A stretch of DNA of 62,744 nucleotides, filler included, from Asterionella formosa (taxonomy: Eukaryota), in assembly GCA_002256025.1 (NCBI GenBank). It is 16 parts of 16 records of this genome, joined end to end, with 100 filler letters (N's around TTAATTAATTAA, not from the genome) between each part and the next. Parts side by side here need not be neighbours in the genome. Positions count along the whole stretch, not along the records: positions 39,322 to 43,144 come from NKIB01013888.1; positions 43,245 to 47,065 come from NKIB01013889.1; positions 47,166 to 50,986 come from NKIB01013890.1; 13 more parts are not named here. One strand, 5' to 3'. Position numbers and translations under genes: made by a program. The notes beneath the pieces were generated by a model that worked only from the letters and a program-made list of their open reading frames with translations, had not been told where the DNA came from and did not search any database. Below, piece after piece: positions 39,222 to 49,735 of the stretch (positions are counted from its first letter, which is position 1; the number at the start of each line of letters is the position of its first letter).

Positions 39222-40374
39222 NNNNNNNNNNNNNNNNNNNNNNNNNNNNNNNNNNNNNNNNNNNNTTAATTAATTAANNNNNNNNNNNNNNNNNNNNNNN
39301 NNNNNNNNNNNNNNNNNNNNNCCTTCATGTTTGTTGCTGATAGGATCTAGGATTTTCTAGTAAACCGGGGGTTACTAATGGATAGTTGTTTTTCTTTCGT
39401 TGGTGCCCTGGTAGTGAGAAAAAGTAATCATCCTGACTAAATATCGTTGTTGTCGATAATCAGATCCTAGTAAGAGGTACTCGGAGTACATGTACAATAG
39501 ATTCAAGAATCTATATTTACACATGTGTGTATTGCTGACAGGACTGCAACTACACACCTGTACAAATATATGTATGTACCGGTATGTAGTTTTCGATTCG
39601 TTTGGACGATTCGTCATGATTGTGTGACAAGAATGCGAAGCATTGTTTTATTACCAAAAACGACAATCATCATCATATATACTGTATCTACCGGAATATC
39701 ACATCTAAAGTGTAAATCTATAAAAAGCTAATAATGCATGCTACATACACGATGCTGTGCATTCAGCTACTATAAATATATACAGCCAACTATCGTAACT
39801 ACAGAATATATTCATAGACATCATACCTGGTACCTGGTACCTGGTACCAGGTGGTACCGGAATATCAACAAATGTAACTGATGGTAAACTCTGATCCACT
39901 CCAACTTGTACATCGGGAGGCAACCCACGGACTATTTCTCGCACACCAGGCATGACCCATGGTAAGAGTGTGTTGAAATGGTCCGTACTCCTTCCCGCGG
40001 GTTGGGTCTCTCTTCACGTAGACTCTTACGTGATCGTAGTACTACCTAGTACCACTTACTTTATCTCTTGTCTCTGCTTCTAGCCTTCCTGCTAGATAGA
40101 CTAATTGACCTTCTTGTCAATTAACACACTGTTTCCTCGGTTGATAATCTAAAACTCAAATTGAATTATAAGCTAAACTAAATGTTTCCTTTCCATGCAT
40201 CTTTGCTTCCTGCAAAGTCATTCTAAGACTCTCTTCGAGTTTCCACTTAACATTTCCTTAGAAATCTTCAATCTTTGATCTCGTTAGACAGCTGATTGAT
40301 GTGGCAATGCAATGTTCGACTCGTTCGATTACAATCGAGTCCACAATCCTTGTGACTCGGGCTAATATTCTTGA

Positions 40375-40496
40375 CAAGAGTGTGGGAGTCGAAAACCCAA
40401 CCATTCCTTCTCAACTTTTTTTGTGGGAATTGAACCACACAACTTGAAATCAAAAGCAACATGGCTGGTGCCCAACCAACTGAACCATTGTTCCCC
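40375..40496 (-). mobile_element. tRNA-like head of a putative SINE (family 2, second copy)
   Basis: A box TGGTTCAGTTGG and B box GGTTCAATTCC; shares TTTGAT...AAGTTGTGTGG and TTCGACTCCCACAC with 13915-14028. Confidence 0.45.
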
Positions 40497-41620
40497 TGGA
40501 AAGAATATCAACAATGCATCAAATGCTTTATCATAAAACAAGTGCCACAACAGCAATGAACAACATAAACAAAATCAAGCAAGAACAAGACTGCTTTCAG
40601 TAGCTACACATAAGCGCCCACAACCAACAACAAACAACAATCATGCAAGCAGCGTAGTGACAAGCAATGATATTGGAAGATCTCATTGCCAAGAACTGCC
40701 ACAAGGGAAAATGATAATCACATTTACAATTTTATAAAGAAATACATTTTTAGCATAACACTAATACTCCTTTACATTGTCACCTCAATGACCATTTGAT
40801 TGTTTGATTGATTTTCGACTACAAATAGTACAGCTTTACTAGCGAATATGACATACCATCATACCATGATTCATGAAAAAATGCATGATGAAGCTAGTAA
40901 ATTCTGGTCCCACAATACTGTTCCTATGTTTGTGTAGAACAACTCACCCATTTACTATAACAGTCATACAAAGTTTTCAATGAATCCAAGTAGACAGTCA
41001 TGTTGCCTCTTAAGGTATTTTTAGATCTGTAATAGTCTTAAAAGTTACCGCCATTGTCATTTGAGAGTCACTAGCTTTGTCATGCTAATTGATTTTTAGG
41101 GGTATCAAACAATGAATGTTGACCAATGATTACTCTGTACTAGTCATTATAAAAAGTACTATTGGGTTTAATTGACAAGCCTCATCAAAAACTTGGGGGA
41201 ATTCATGGGAATTCACATGCATTGTCTTCAATCCTCACACTTGTACACACGGGTTTAATTGACATGCCTCATCCAAAACTCGGGGAAACTAGCAAAACAA
41301 GTTTTAGCTTTAATAATGAACCTGGAAAACTGGAAAATTTTGACTACAGGCATTGTTGCATGTGATCAAGCAATGAGATAATTTCTTGTTTGAGAGGAGA
41401 TTTGGAGTATTTACTACTGCACCTATTCTTACTAGTAGAATGTACTGTATCTGATACCATCATAAAGTAAAATATGCCGTTATTCCTCTCCTTGCGATCA
41501 CACATTGCTGCCCCTGCAACACCTATTCTACCCATGTAATCAAGAGAACCCAGATTGCTTTCAATGTTTTCAATTATATAGATTATTTATAAAGGAAAAT
41601 GGTTGTATCGAATTACTTAT

Positions 41621-41977
41621 TCACACAGAGAGAGACTCATCTGCAGGCACTTCAACATCAGCATCTGCGACCTGGTGGCCTTGGACCTCTACATCAGACG
41701 ATGTATCGGCGCTGGTGGATTCATCAGAACTGTCCTCGCCATCAGAAGACTTGTCTGCACTAGCGGATTCATCAGAACTGTGTTTGCCATGAGAATTCTT
41801 GTGGGAATTGTGAACATGTCCGTGCCCATCTTGAGAATGGCTAAAGAAATGCCTCAAATTATGGCTCTTTTTCTTCATCAAACTTCCCTCCCTGTCTCCA
41901 TCATGGTGATGGCCATTGTGTGCTTCACTTCCAATCAGCAGAAGGAGACTAACGGTAACGAAGTAGAAGAACTTCAT
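41621..41977 (-). CDS. Small secreted His-rich, Ser/Asp-rich protein (118 aa)
   Basis: Signal peptide MKFFYFVTVSLLLLIGSEA; His-rich block; duplicated SSDES(A/T)SAD(K/T)SSD; acidic tail. Confidence 0.78.
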   Translation of the reverse strand: MKFFYFVTVSLLLLIGSEAHNGHHHDGDREGSLMKKKSHNLRHFFSHSQDGHGHVHNSHKNSHGKHSSDESASADKSSDGEDSSDESTSADTSSDVEVQGHQVADADVEVPADESLSV

Positions 41978-42246
41978 TTTGTTCTTTTCGTTTCATGAAT
42001 AAAAGTGTGGAATCAGCTTCCCAGCAGTAGGACTTTTCCGCGGTTGTTGCATCCTGCCTTAAAGGTACCAAAAATAGGTACCGGTAAAGGTGTAGTCCCG
42101 GTAATGAAATATTGGTATGACAACAGCGTGGAGGCGTCATCATTCTACGATGCAGTTACCAGTTTGTAGCTAAGGTACCAGTACCGATATCTGCTGGAAT
42201 TGCTTGCCATGATAAGGACATTTTGGCCGGTAAAGAAATCTGGAAC

Positions 42247-42680
42247 TAAGGCCCCGTCTTACGGTGCCCGAATTACGAAGATTGAGTCGCCCGGATACCT
42301 GTTGGGCGTTTAATCTTCGTATTTTCGTCCCTTATTTAGGGGCTACATGACTCGCAAATCCCCGCGATCACGAAGATTGCTTAATCTTCGTTCGCCCGAA
42401 TATTTCTGGGGTCATCCCAGACATTGACCCAAGAGCGAATCTTCGTATATTCTTGAGGAACAATCTTCGTTTCCCAAGATTATCTCCACCAATCAGAATA
42501 GCGGAAACAATATATATAATCGTCATCACATTTACTGATGATATAGTTGTCGATACTTCTATTAGTATTATTATTATCATAGTAATAATTTGTAACATGA
42601 ATAACTCGCAAATGGGGGGGGCGGGGGCGATTACGACAATCAATCTTCGTTCGCCCGAATATTTCGAGGGTGCGTCATCA
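42247..42680 (+). repeat. Harbinger-like terminal inverted repeat with subterminal AATCTTCGT/ACGAAGATT array
   Basis: TAA|GGCCCCGTCTTACGGTGCCCGAATTACGAAGATT followed by about 7 copies of the 9-mer in both orientations; related to the 33156 terminus. Confidence 0.65.
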
Positions 42681-43244
42681 TATTTTCTTGAACAATCACA
42701 GTATGGTGGAAATATGTATGACCAATGCATATACCATGTATGTTTGAACAACCCATGGATTTATACCGGGCAGCCAACAACTACCTGGATGGTACCGGTA
42801 CCAGCCAGCAGGAAAAACCAACAGGGTATGAAATTAAATATATAGCACACATTTGTAGAATGAAGCACTTGCCGGTAGTAAACGTTTTTCTCTGTTTCTG
42901 GCAATAATTGGGTTTGTCGTGATTTGCAATGCATTTGTTTACATCGTAGTAATCCGTTTATCCTTTCCTAACATATACACTGATGATATAGTATTCGATA
43001 CTTCTATTAAAGTAGTATTGTCATTATTATAACATATTATTAATATAATTATCCTTACTTTTAATATTTTTATTATGATAATAATAATTTGTAACATGAC
43101 GACTCCGCAAATGCTATTGTCAACCTTCCTTGCACATTATCAACNNNNNNNNNNNNNNNNNNNNNNNNNNNNNNNNNNNNNNNNNNNNTTAATTAATTAA
43201 NNNNNNNNNNNNNNNNNNNNNNNNNNNNNNNNNNNNNNNNNNNN

Positions 43245-43760
43245 ATTCCAATCTACAAAACTTCAGGACTTTTTCGTGATGGTATGCACATTCATCTGAA
43301 TAAGCATACCATCTCCAACAGCCGTTCTGTTTTTATTCAGGAGACAGGTGATGGAGAAGGAACCAAGAATCATCCTTTCTTCCTTCTAGTTGAGTACTTT
43401 TATTCCAGGGTTGGGCGAAAGCTGTCTTGGAAACGACAGTGTGCTAAGAAGCATGTCAGTGACATTGTTAGTGTTTCTGACGAGGATTTTTCATTGTTGG
43501 TCTTGGAGAATTGTTGGGATGTCTGGTTGCATAAGGCAATGATGAAAGGTCATGAAGATGATACGCCTGCACCAAAATTCGTTTATTCCGGTACTGGAGG
43601 ACAGGGAAAGAGATATGGTGGCTGGGACGCAAAGGGATATGCCAGGTTCAACACCCTGTATGACATAGTTGTTCATCAAAGGACAACTGTCATGAGCAGG
43701 CAGTTGGAGATCAGCTTTAAGTCCAATCTTCTTGTTTTGGCTGGAGTTCCACAAGGTTAG
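43245..43760 (+). CDS. Probable transposon-associated hypothetical protein (SDExFxLLxLEN...GW..G..RFN family), 5'-truncated
   Basis: VSVSDEDFSLLVLENCW...PKF...GGWDAKGYARFNTLYDIVVHQR matches a recurring uncharacterised diatom protein family, recognised from memory only. Confidence 0.55.
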   Translation: MPIYKTSGLFRDGMHIHLNKHTISNSRSVFIQETGDGEGTKNHPFFLLVEYFYSRVGRKLSWKRQCAKKHVSDIVSVSDEDFSLLVLENCWDVWLHKAMMKGHEDDTPAPKFVYSGTGGQGKRYGGWDAKGYARFNTLYDIVVHQRTTVMSRQLEISFKSNLLVLAGVPQG

Positions 43761-43826
43761 TCACTTCGGGGAAGTGAACAAAGTGGAATTGTTGAACTGA
43801 TGTTCATGGAAAATATTGACTAACTG

Positions 43827-44477
43827 ATGGAAATTTTCATTGAAGTTGTGCCAGGGAACAACAGTGTGCCTGCCATTAGAGTTCGTAATGATAAAGTGGC
43901 CATTTCTCTTCCAGTAAGCACAACTCCGGCATCTTCCATCAGTGGATTGACTCCACAAGTTATTTCAGGAAGAACTTCAAGGATAACAACTGGTAGTACT
44001 AAGAGTGCAAAGAGTTCAAAGAGTACAAAGAGTTTGAACGTGATTATTCACTTTCCCCCAGACCAAGTCAAGGGTGCCACAGATTGGTACTTCCAAGAGA
44101 TGAAGAAAAAGATGTATGTGGAGCTTTGGATGAAGAAAAAGAGTGAAATTTATAAGGCTTGTATTGATCGGAACATTGCACCCCCAGACCTTTTTGGAGA
44201 TGAAATTAAAGAAGGGATGATGAATGACGAGAGCTACATTAAAAAATTCGAGTAGGTTGCAGCAAAGGGCGAGAGGAAATACAAAGTGGCTAAGAAGAAG
44301 ATCTCCGCAAAGTTGCACAGGGACTTTTACAGGTTCAAGAAAAGCAAATTAGACGAAGAATCAGTGGAGATGACAGATGAAAGAATCAAGGTGGCAAATG
44401 AAACTAGGAGTGAATATGAGTATTTCAAACGGTCAATGAAAGAAGTTGCAAGATTATTGAACTTCACTCCAGTTTAG
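43827..44477 (+). pseudogene. Hypothetical ORF split by one in-frame stop (44253-44255)
   Basis: ORFs 43827 and 44286 share a frame; Lys/Glu-rich helical composition. Confidence 0.4.
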
Positions 44478-44572
44478 TGAAAATGAATTTCAATTTCGAC
44501 GAATTGACTATTGTCAAAGGGCAAATGAACTACTAGGAACCAAAATTTTTACTAATATTACTGATTTACTAA

Positions 44573-44920
44573 TTCAATTGTTGACAGCAACTCATTCTTT
44601 CCTTCTTTTTCTATATTGTACTTGCTCGACTTATTGCTGTAGACTATTTGTAGCTGCTCCGAAACGGAGAAGGCCATTGCGGCATATCTCAATTTTGACT
44701 CACTACAGCGACATGCAAGGTTGAAATATGCAACAGCTGTTTCTTAACGAAATAACGGATTCAATTGTTGTCAGCTACTCATCCTTTCCTTCTTTTTCTA
44801 TATTGTACTTGCTAGAGTTATCACTGTAGACTATTTGTAGCTGCTCCGAAACGGAGAAGGCCATTGCGGCACATCTCAATTTCGATTCACTACGGAGACA
44901 TGCAATGCTAAACGATGCTC
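44573..44920. repeat. Tandem duplication, period 187 bp
   Basis: TTCAATTGTTG...CTGTAGACTATTTGTAGCTGCTCCGAAACGGAGAAGGCCATTGCGGCA at 44573 and 44760. Confidence 0.9.
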
Positions 44921-45149
44921 AACGAGTACCAACGGTGCTTTATTTCTAATCTGGCAGGCAATTGTAATCTCTACAATCAACAATGACTAAACAATGTGTC
45001 TACAACATCAACTACTACTACTACGTGTGCTGAATTCTACAGTGTGCATCTTCCTCTTGCATGTGTTATTCTTTGCCAGTTCAGATCAAAGTGATATGTC
45101 GGAGCGGAAAAAATAATACGTTTATCGGAATTGGCGACTCTTTCGTTCA

Positions 45150-45427
45150 TTATATGGTGAAAGCAGCATAATATTGCGGCGGAGCAGCATAATTTCGCTT
45201 TTATACTGTTGCGATGGCTAGTTAGTCAACATATATTGTCACAAACACACATAATTATTGGTGTGATCACATAATTATTCGATAAGTGAAATAAATTTTT
45301 GTTTAACCCGAATAAATTAGGGAAAAGTAGCATAATATTTTACAAAAATAACATAATATTTTAAAAAAGTAGCATGAATACGTCACTTTAGACATAAATT
45401 CGAAAAAGTGCCGTAATCGGCGTCTTA
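45150..45427 (-). repeat. Harbinger-like terminus with CATAAT subterminal repeats
   Basis: Minus strand TAA|GACGCCGATTACGGCAC; six (G/A)CATAAT copies between 45165 and 45360; abuts Copia coding sequence. Confidence 0.55.
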
Positions 45428-47065
45428 GATGTAGGAGTCCAACCAGACGAGGCGGTCGGGAGAGGTGGGAAGGAGGGCTTGGGCCAGGGTGGGGGGGCAT
45501 TCATGATGAAGGGTAGAGGCCGACACATGGTGGCCATGGCCAAGGATGGTAGTGGGAGGGCCCGGGGAGGGAAGAGTGTTCCACCCAGTCAGGACGGTTT
45601 CTTCGTGAAGGCGTTGCCACCAGGTGTAAGGGAGGTCGACAAGGCTGTGTTGGTGAATAATTTGGCCAGCGGAGTTGCGCCGAATAAAAAGCCAATCAAA
45701 ATCAGAATCCACATCAAGGGTGCCACGGACAAAGGCACCGTCCAGGGCGATAGTGACTTTAGAACCAACCATCATCCAAGGAGGGAGGAGGGGAGTAAGG
45801 GGGTCGCCATCATGGGAACCATCAGGGGAATGTTGGGAAAATGCCGGGTTAATGGCCTCGTCAGGGGAGATGAGGTCAGTAAAGGAGGCGGTGATAGATG
45901 CGCCATCCAGGAGATCAACCAAGTAAAAACGAACGGACGAGGTAGGGACCGAGTTGATGAGGCCCTCGGCCACGTCGCCCTGAGGGGTCCGACGGACAAA
46001 CGCCGTACTGCCAGGGGGCTATGGTTCAGCCGCCGTGGTGGTGGAGTCAGTGTATAGCCGCAGGTGAAGGCCGCCATCGTAGATGATGTCGGGGAAGGGG
46101 TCAGCGATGGCACGGGTAACGTCTAGGGAGGAATCCGCGGAGACGCAGAAATGACCAAGGGTGGGATTCCAGAAGAGCATTCCATTTGCTGTATCTGCCC
46201 GACCTAAGGCGATGCCTGTGAAGCTCTGACTTTCGAACTGGGTGTGGGCGCCACGTGTGCTGTCCTGGTGGCGACGATAGTAACCAATGCAGCCAAAAGG
46301 AAAAAGGGTGCGGAGGTTATGTTTAGTGCCATAGAATAATTCAAATGGGGTGGTATACTGGGCTGTGCTGCCATGGAGACAGGGGACCATATTCATGCGG
46401 AGGGAGGCTTCCCGCACCGCCCAGAACCAATAGCGCTTGGGCAGTGACGCTTCGGCAAGGAAGGAGCGAGCCATAGAGACAGCAACCCGCCAGTGAGATT
46501 CCACGAGGCCGTTTTGCGATTGGCGGTAGGGGGGAGCGGCATTGATCCAAATGCCCTTAGAAACAAGGAGTTTGTAGGTCGGGCCCCCTAAAAATTTATG
46601 ATCGAAATCGCATTGGATAACCCGGGGAAAACCGCCTGAATCGACAAAGAAGCGCCAGAAGGCGTCAGTGATGGAGGGGCTAGATAGATCCTTCAACCAT
46701 AGCACCAGGTTTTTCGACTGAATTGGTCCACTAACATGAGACAGTAGCAGTAACCGCCTGGGCTGGGACCATCACCATAACCAACGTCCACGCCAACACG
46801 GTGGAGAATGGCAGTAGGGCGGGGAAGAGGGGACCCCGATGGGCCCCGTTTCATATTGACGACATCACCAATGGATATGGGAGGCTCAAACTTCTCAGAG
46901 AGTATGATGCCATCGGCCACAGTGGGGAAGATAGAGTAGTTGCGGAATTTTCGATTCCCGAACAGTTTATGGAGATCCTGAGATGAGAAGCGTCGTTGGT
47001 GAGGGCCAAACGACTCTGGACGCTCGCAGGTCATAATTGCTGGGTCAGGGAGAAGCGCGGAAGCA
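45428..47065 (-). mobile_element. Ty1/Copia integrase region, degenerate
   Basis: VGVDVGYG, LMLVDQFSRKTWCYG, IQCDFD, QSQNGLVESHW, LPKRYWFWAV, TPFELFYG, PFGCIGY; frameshifts near 46700 and 46020; GC-rich. Confidence 0.92.
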
Positions 47066-47597
47066 NNNNNNNNNNNNNNNNNNNNNNNNNNNNNNNNNNN
47101 NNNNNNNNNTTAATTAATTAANNNNNNNNNNNNNNNNNNNNNNNNNNNNNNNNNNNNNNNNNNNNCACTGTTATTGACTCTCAGAGATATCATGAAGAAG
47201 GTAATCTTCCAGCCACATCACTATGACTTTCTTGTTGAGACTGTTATGGTGGGACTGAGCATTTGAGTGTATTGCAACGCTCATCCAGTTAGACAAGACG
47301 ATATCTGTGAGCCATCTTTTGTAGCAGTAGGTGAACAAGCAAGGAATCTGCTGGACTGAAGATATATGTGTTAGCCATATCACAGGATTTACTGAAATCA
47401 ATAAACAAGCTTCCCCTGAGCGTCAATTGATCATATCTTTTCTGTAAGACTCCAAATGTGGACCTGGCTTGTAAGGATACACAAAGAAGTTTGAATCTTG
47501 ATGTTTAGTATGTTGTTATCCTTCATCAATGGGACCACTGGAACTTGAGAGGACATCAACAATATTAATTCTAATTGGACTCTTTTTGAATTCAAAG

Positions 47598-47794
47598 TGA
47601 AGTATCTAACTAGAAGTAGTAGTATTTGTTGAATATATGAGCTTATTTGTTAATCCTTGTGTGTAACTCGTTCTCCAAGTCGACACCAAAGTATACAATG
47701 AGGGTTAGTCGAGTTCTCTCATTATTGAGTTCTTATACATACATGATATAACACTAACCCTATATACATCTGTATTGATGCGCAAGATCGCTCA
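47598..47794 (-). repeat. Solo-LTR-like repeat (TG...CA), copy 1
   Basis: Minus strand TGAGCGATC...GTTAGATACTTCA; same two ends as 53250-53431. Confidence 0.65.
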
Positions 47795-47797
47795 CCA

Positions 47798-48220
47798 GGT
47801 ACCAGACTGGGGAGCGTCAGGACGACATTCGAATTCCCGTATGTACCGGTATTCTTATGCATATCTTACAGACCAGATCACACACACTTCTGTTCTTGTT
47901 GAATTAAAACACCATGAGGTTCTGTCGACGGCCTCACGGCCTCACCGCTGTCCTTTGTCTACCACATCGACGCTATATTCTTTTATCGCCTATCGATTGA
48001 CAGAATTGGATCAAATGCGAGGGTGTGACTCGACGGAAGACCTGGGGATCGATGACTGTTCGACACACCCTTCTCTGCCGACTGCCTGTCCGGTTGACGG
48101 TTCGACTGATGAAGGTTCTGATCTGCAATCTGAAATTAGATTTTTTTAGAGTCAGCAATGAGCCAAGCCATCCAGTGAATTGATGATCCAATTCAATACA
48201 ATCCAATAGATCAACGATCA
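47798..48220 (-). repeat. Dispersed non-coding repeat of about 430 bp, copy 2
   Basis: Reverse complement of 19830-20262. Confidence 0.9.
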
Positions 48221-48988
48221 AAGATCATTGCTACTTGCAAAGTATATCAGGCAGATCAGCAGTTGACAGTCCTTCAAATTTGTTGTGGCTGGGCTGGCTG
48301 TTAAGCAATCATATCATTATCTTTGTGCTTGAGCCATTATGTTTGCCTTGCTGTGTATGTCATCGTCGTCATCGTCATCGCAATCAAATATTGTATCCAT
48401 TGTTGTTGTTGAACGATGATCGTAATTCCGTGGAAGCAATAAAATATAAAAAACAATCATGGAAAAAAGTAGAATGATTAAAAGAAGAATTACAATAGCA
48501 TACAATACCAGTCGTTATGTTCGTTGTAGGTACCTGGTACCGTACCGGTATACTATACTATCATGTATACCGGTACCGGTAGTAGTACCACGTATCGTAT
48601 CTCGTATCAAGTAACAAAAAACCAAAAAAATTATACATGAGCAATCCTAAGTAGGGGAAGTTTTGCACGCTTCCCGTATCTTCTCTTGCTAGCAGTGGCT
48701 TTTGCTTCTTGTACCGCTCAAAGGAGTACACCGTTTCTACTGACGGTCCCTATTCTACCTGGTTGTCATCATGCCGGATTATCATTAGGTGGTGGGGGAC
48801 ATTATATGTTCCTATCTCCCGTGCTTGGTGCAGAGAAGGAAATCGTGCCTTTGCAGCCCTAATCCCTACCTATGAGTCCATGATACAGATCGGGGCATTC
48901 GACAGTATCGAACCCCCGACCTCACCCCTACTGGGTGGGCCTGCCAATCTTAAAAGGATCATTCAATACATATAAACCCTGTACAGCT

Positions 48989-49043
48989 TCAGTTTCCGTT
49001 TCCGTTTCCGTCTCCGTCTCAGTTTCACTTTCACTTTCACTTT
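48989..49043 (+). repeat. Compound hexamer microsatellite (TTTCCG/TCTCCG/TTTCAC)
   Basis: Directly visible; may be the 3' tail of a retroposed element. Confidence 0.8.
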
Positions 49044-49434
49044 GCTTCAGTATGAAATAGAAAGAATTGTGAGCACTTGGTGCCGTGGCGGTATTTTCTA
49101 CTCTAAGTTCATATATTCGAGATATTTAGCTTGATCTTGCTTTTCTTTTCCTATGAGATGTAAGGATAAGCCGTGTTGCATTTACTGGACATGCTTCCTT
49201 TGGTATGACAGCAATTCGTAGACGTCTCTACCTTGTACCTGGTAACAGATTATATCGGATTCAGTACCTGGAACAGAGTAGCTACAGTATATGTACAGTA
49301 CCTTGTACCTGGTACCTGGTACCAGTACTGTACCTGTTGGAGGTCGGCTAAGTGACACTCCTTGCTATACCGGTACATGCAGTGCAGTACAGTACAGTAT
49401 GGAAAACAAAGCTAAATTACTCATTTACCGGGAC

Positions 49435-49735
49435 CTGGCGTCAGGACGATTAAAACACCTTGAGGTTCTGTCGAGAGCCTCACCGCTGTCCTTACCGGTA
49501 CATCCTTTGTCTACCACATCGACGCTATACTCTTTTATCGCCTATCGGTATCAGAAGTGAATCGAATACAGGCAGGGTGTGATGTGAGGATCATCATTGA
49601 TGCTACGGAAGACCTGGGGATCGATGACTGTTCGACACTGACGCAGACACACCCTTCTTTGCCGACCGCCGACTGCCGACTGCCTGTCCGGTTGACGGTT
49701 CTACTGATGAAGGTTCTGATCTGGAATCTGCAATT
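49435..49735 (-). repeat. Diverged, partly deleted copy 3 of the 430-bp repeat
   Basis: Shares GCGTCAGGACGA, CCTTTGTCTACCACATCGACGCTATA and GGAAGACCTGGGGATCGATGACTGTTCGACAC. Confidence 0.85.

Noticed and set aside
48095..48160. Hammerhead-like CTGATGA-stem-GAAA in the 430-bp repeat
   Set aside because: A 5-bp stem II (AGGTT/AATCT) forms, but I found no compatible stems I and III around an NUH site, and copy 3 lacks GAAA.
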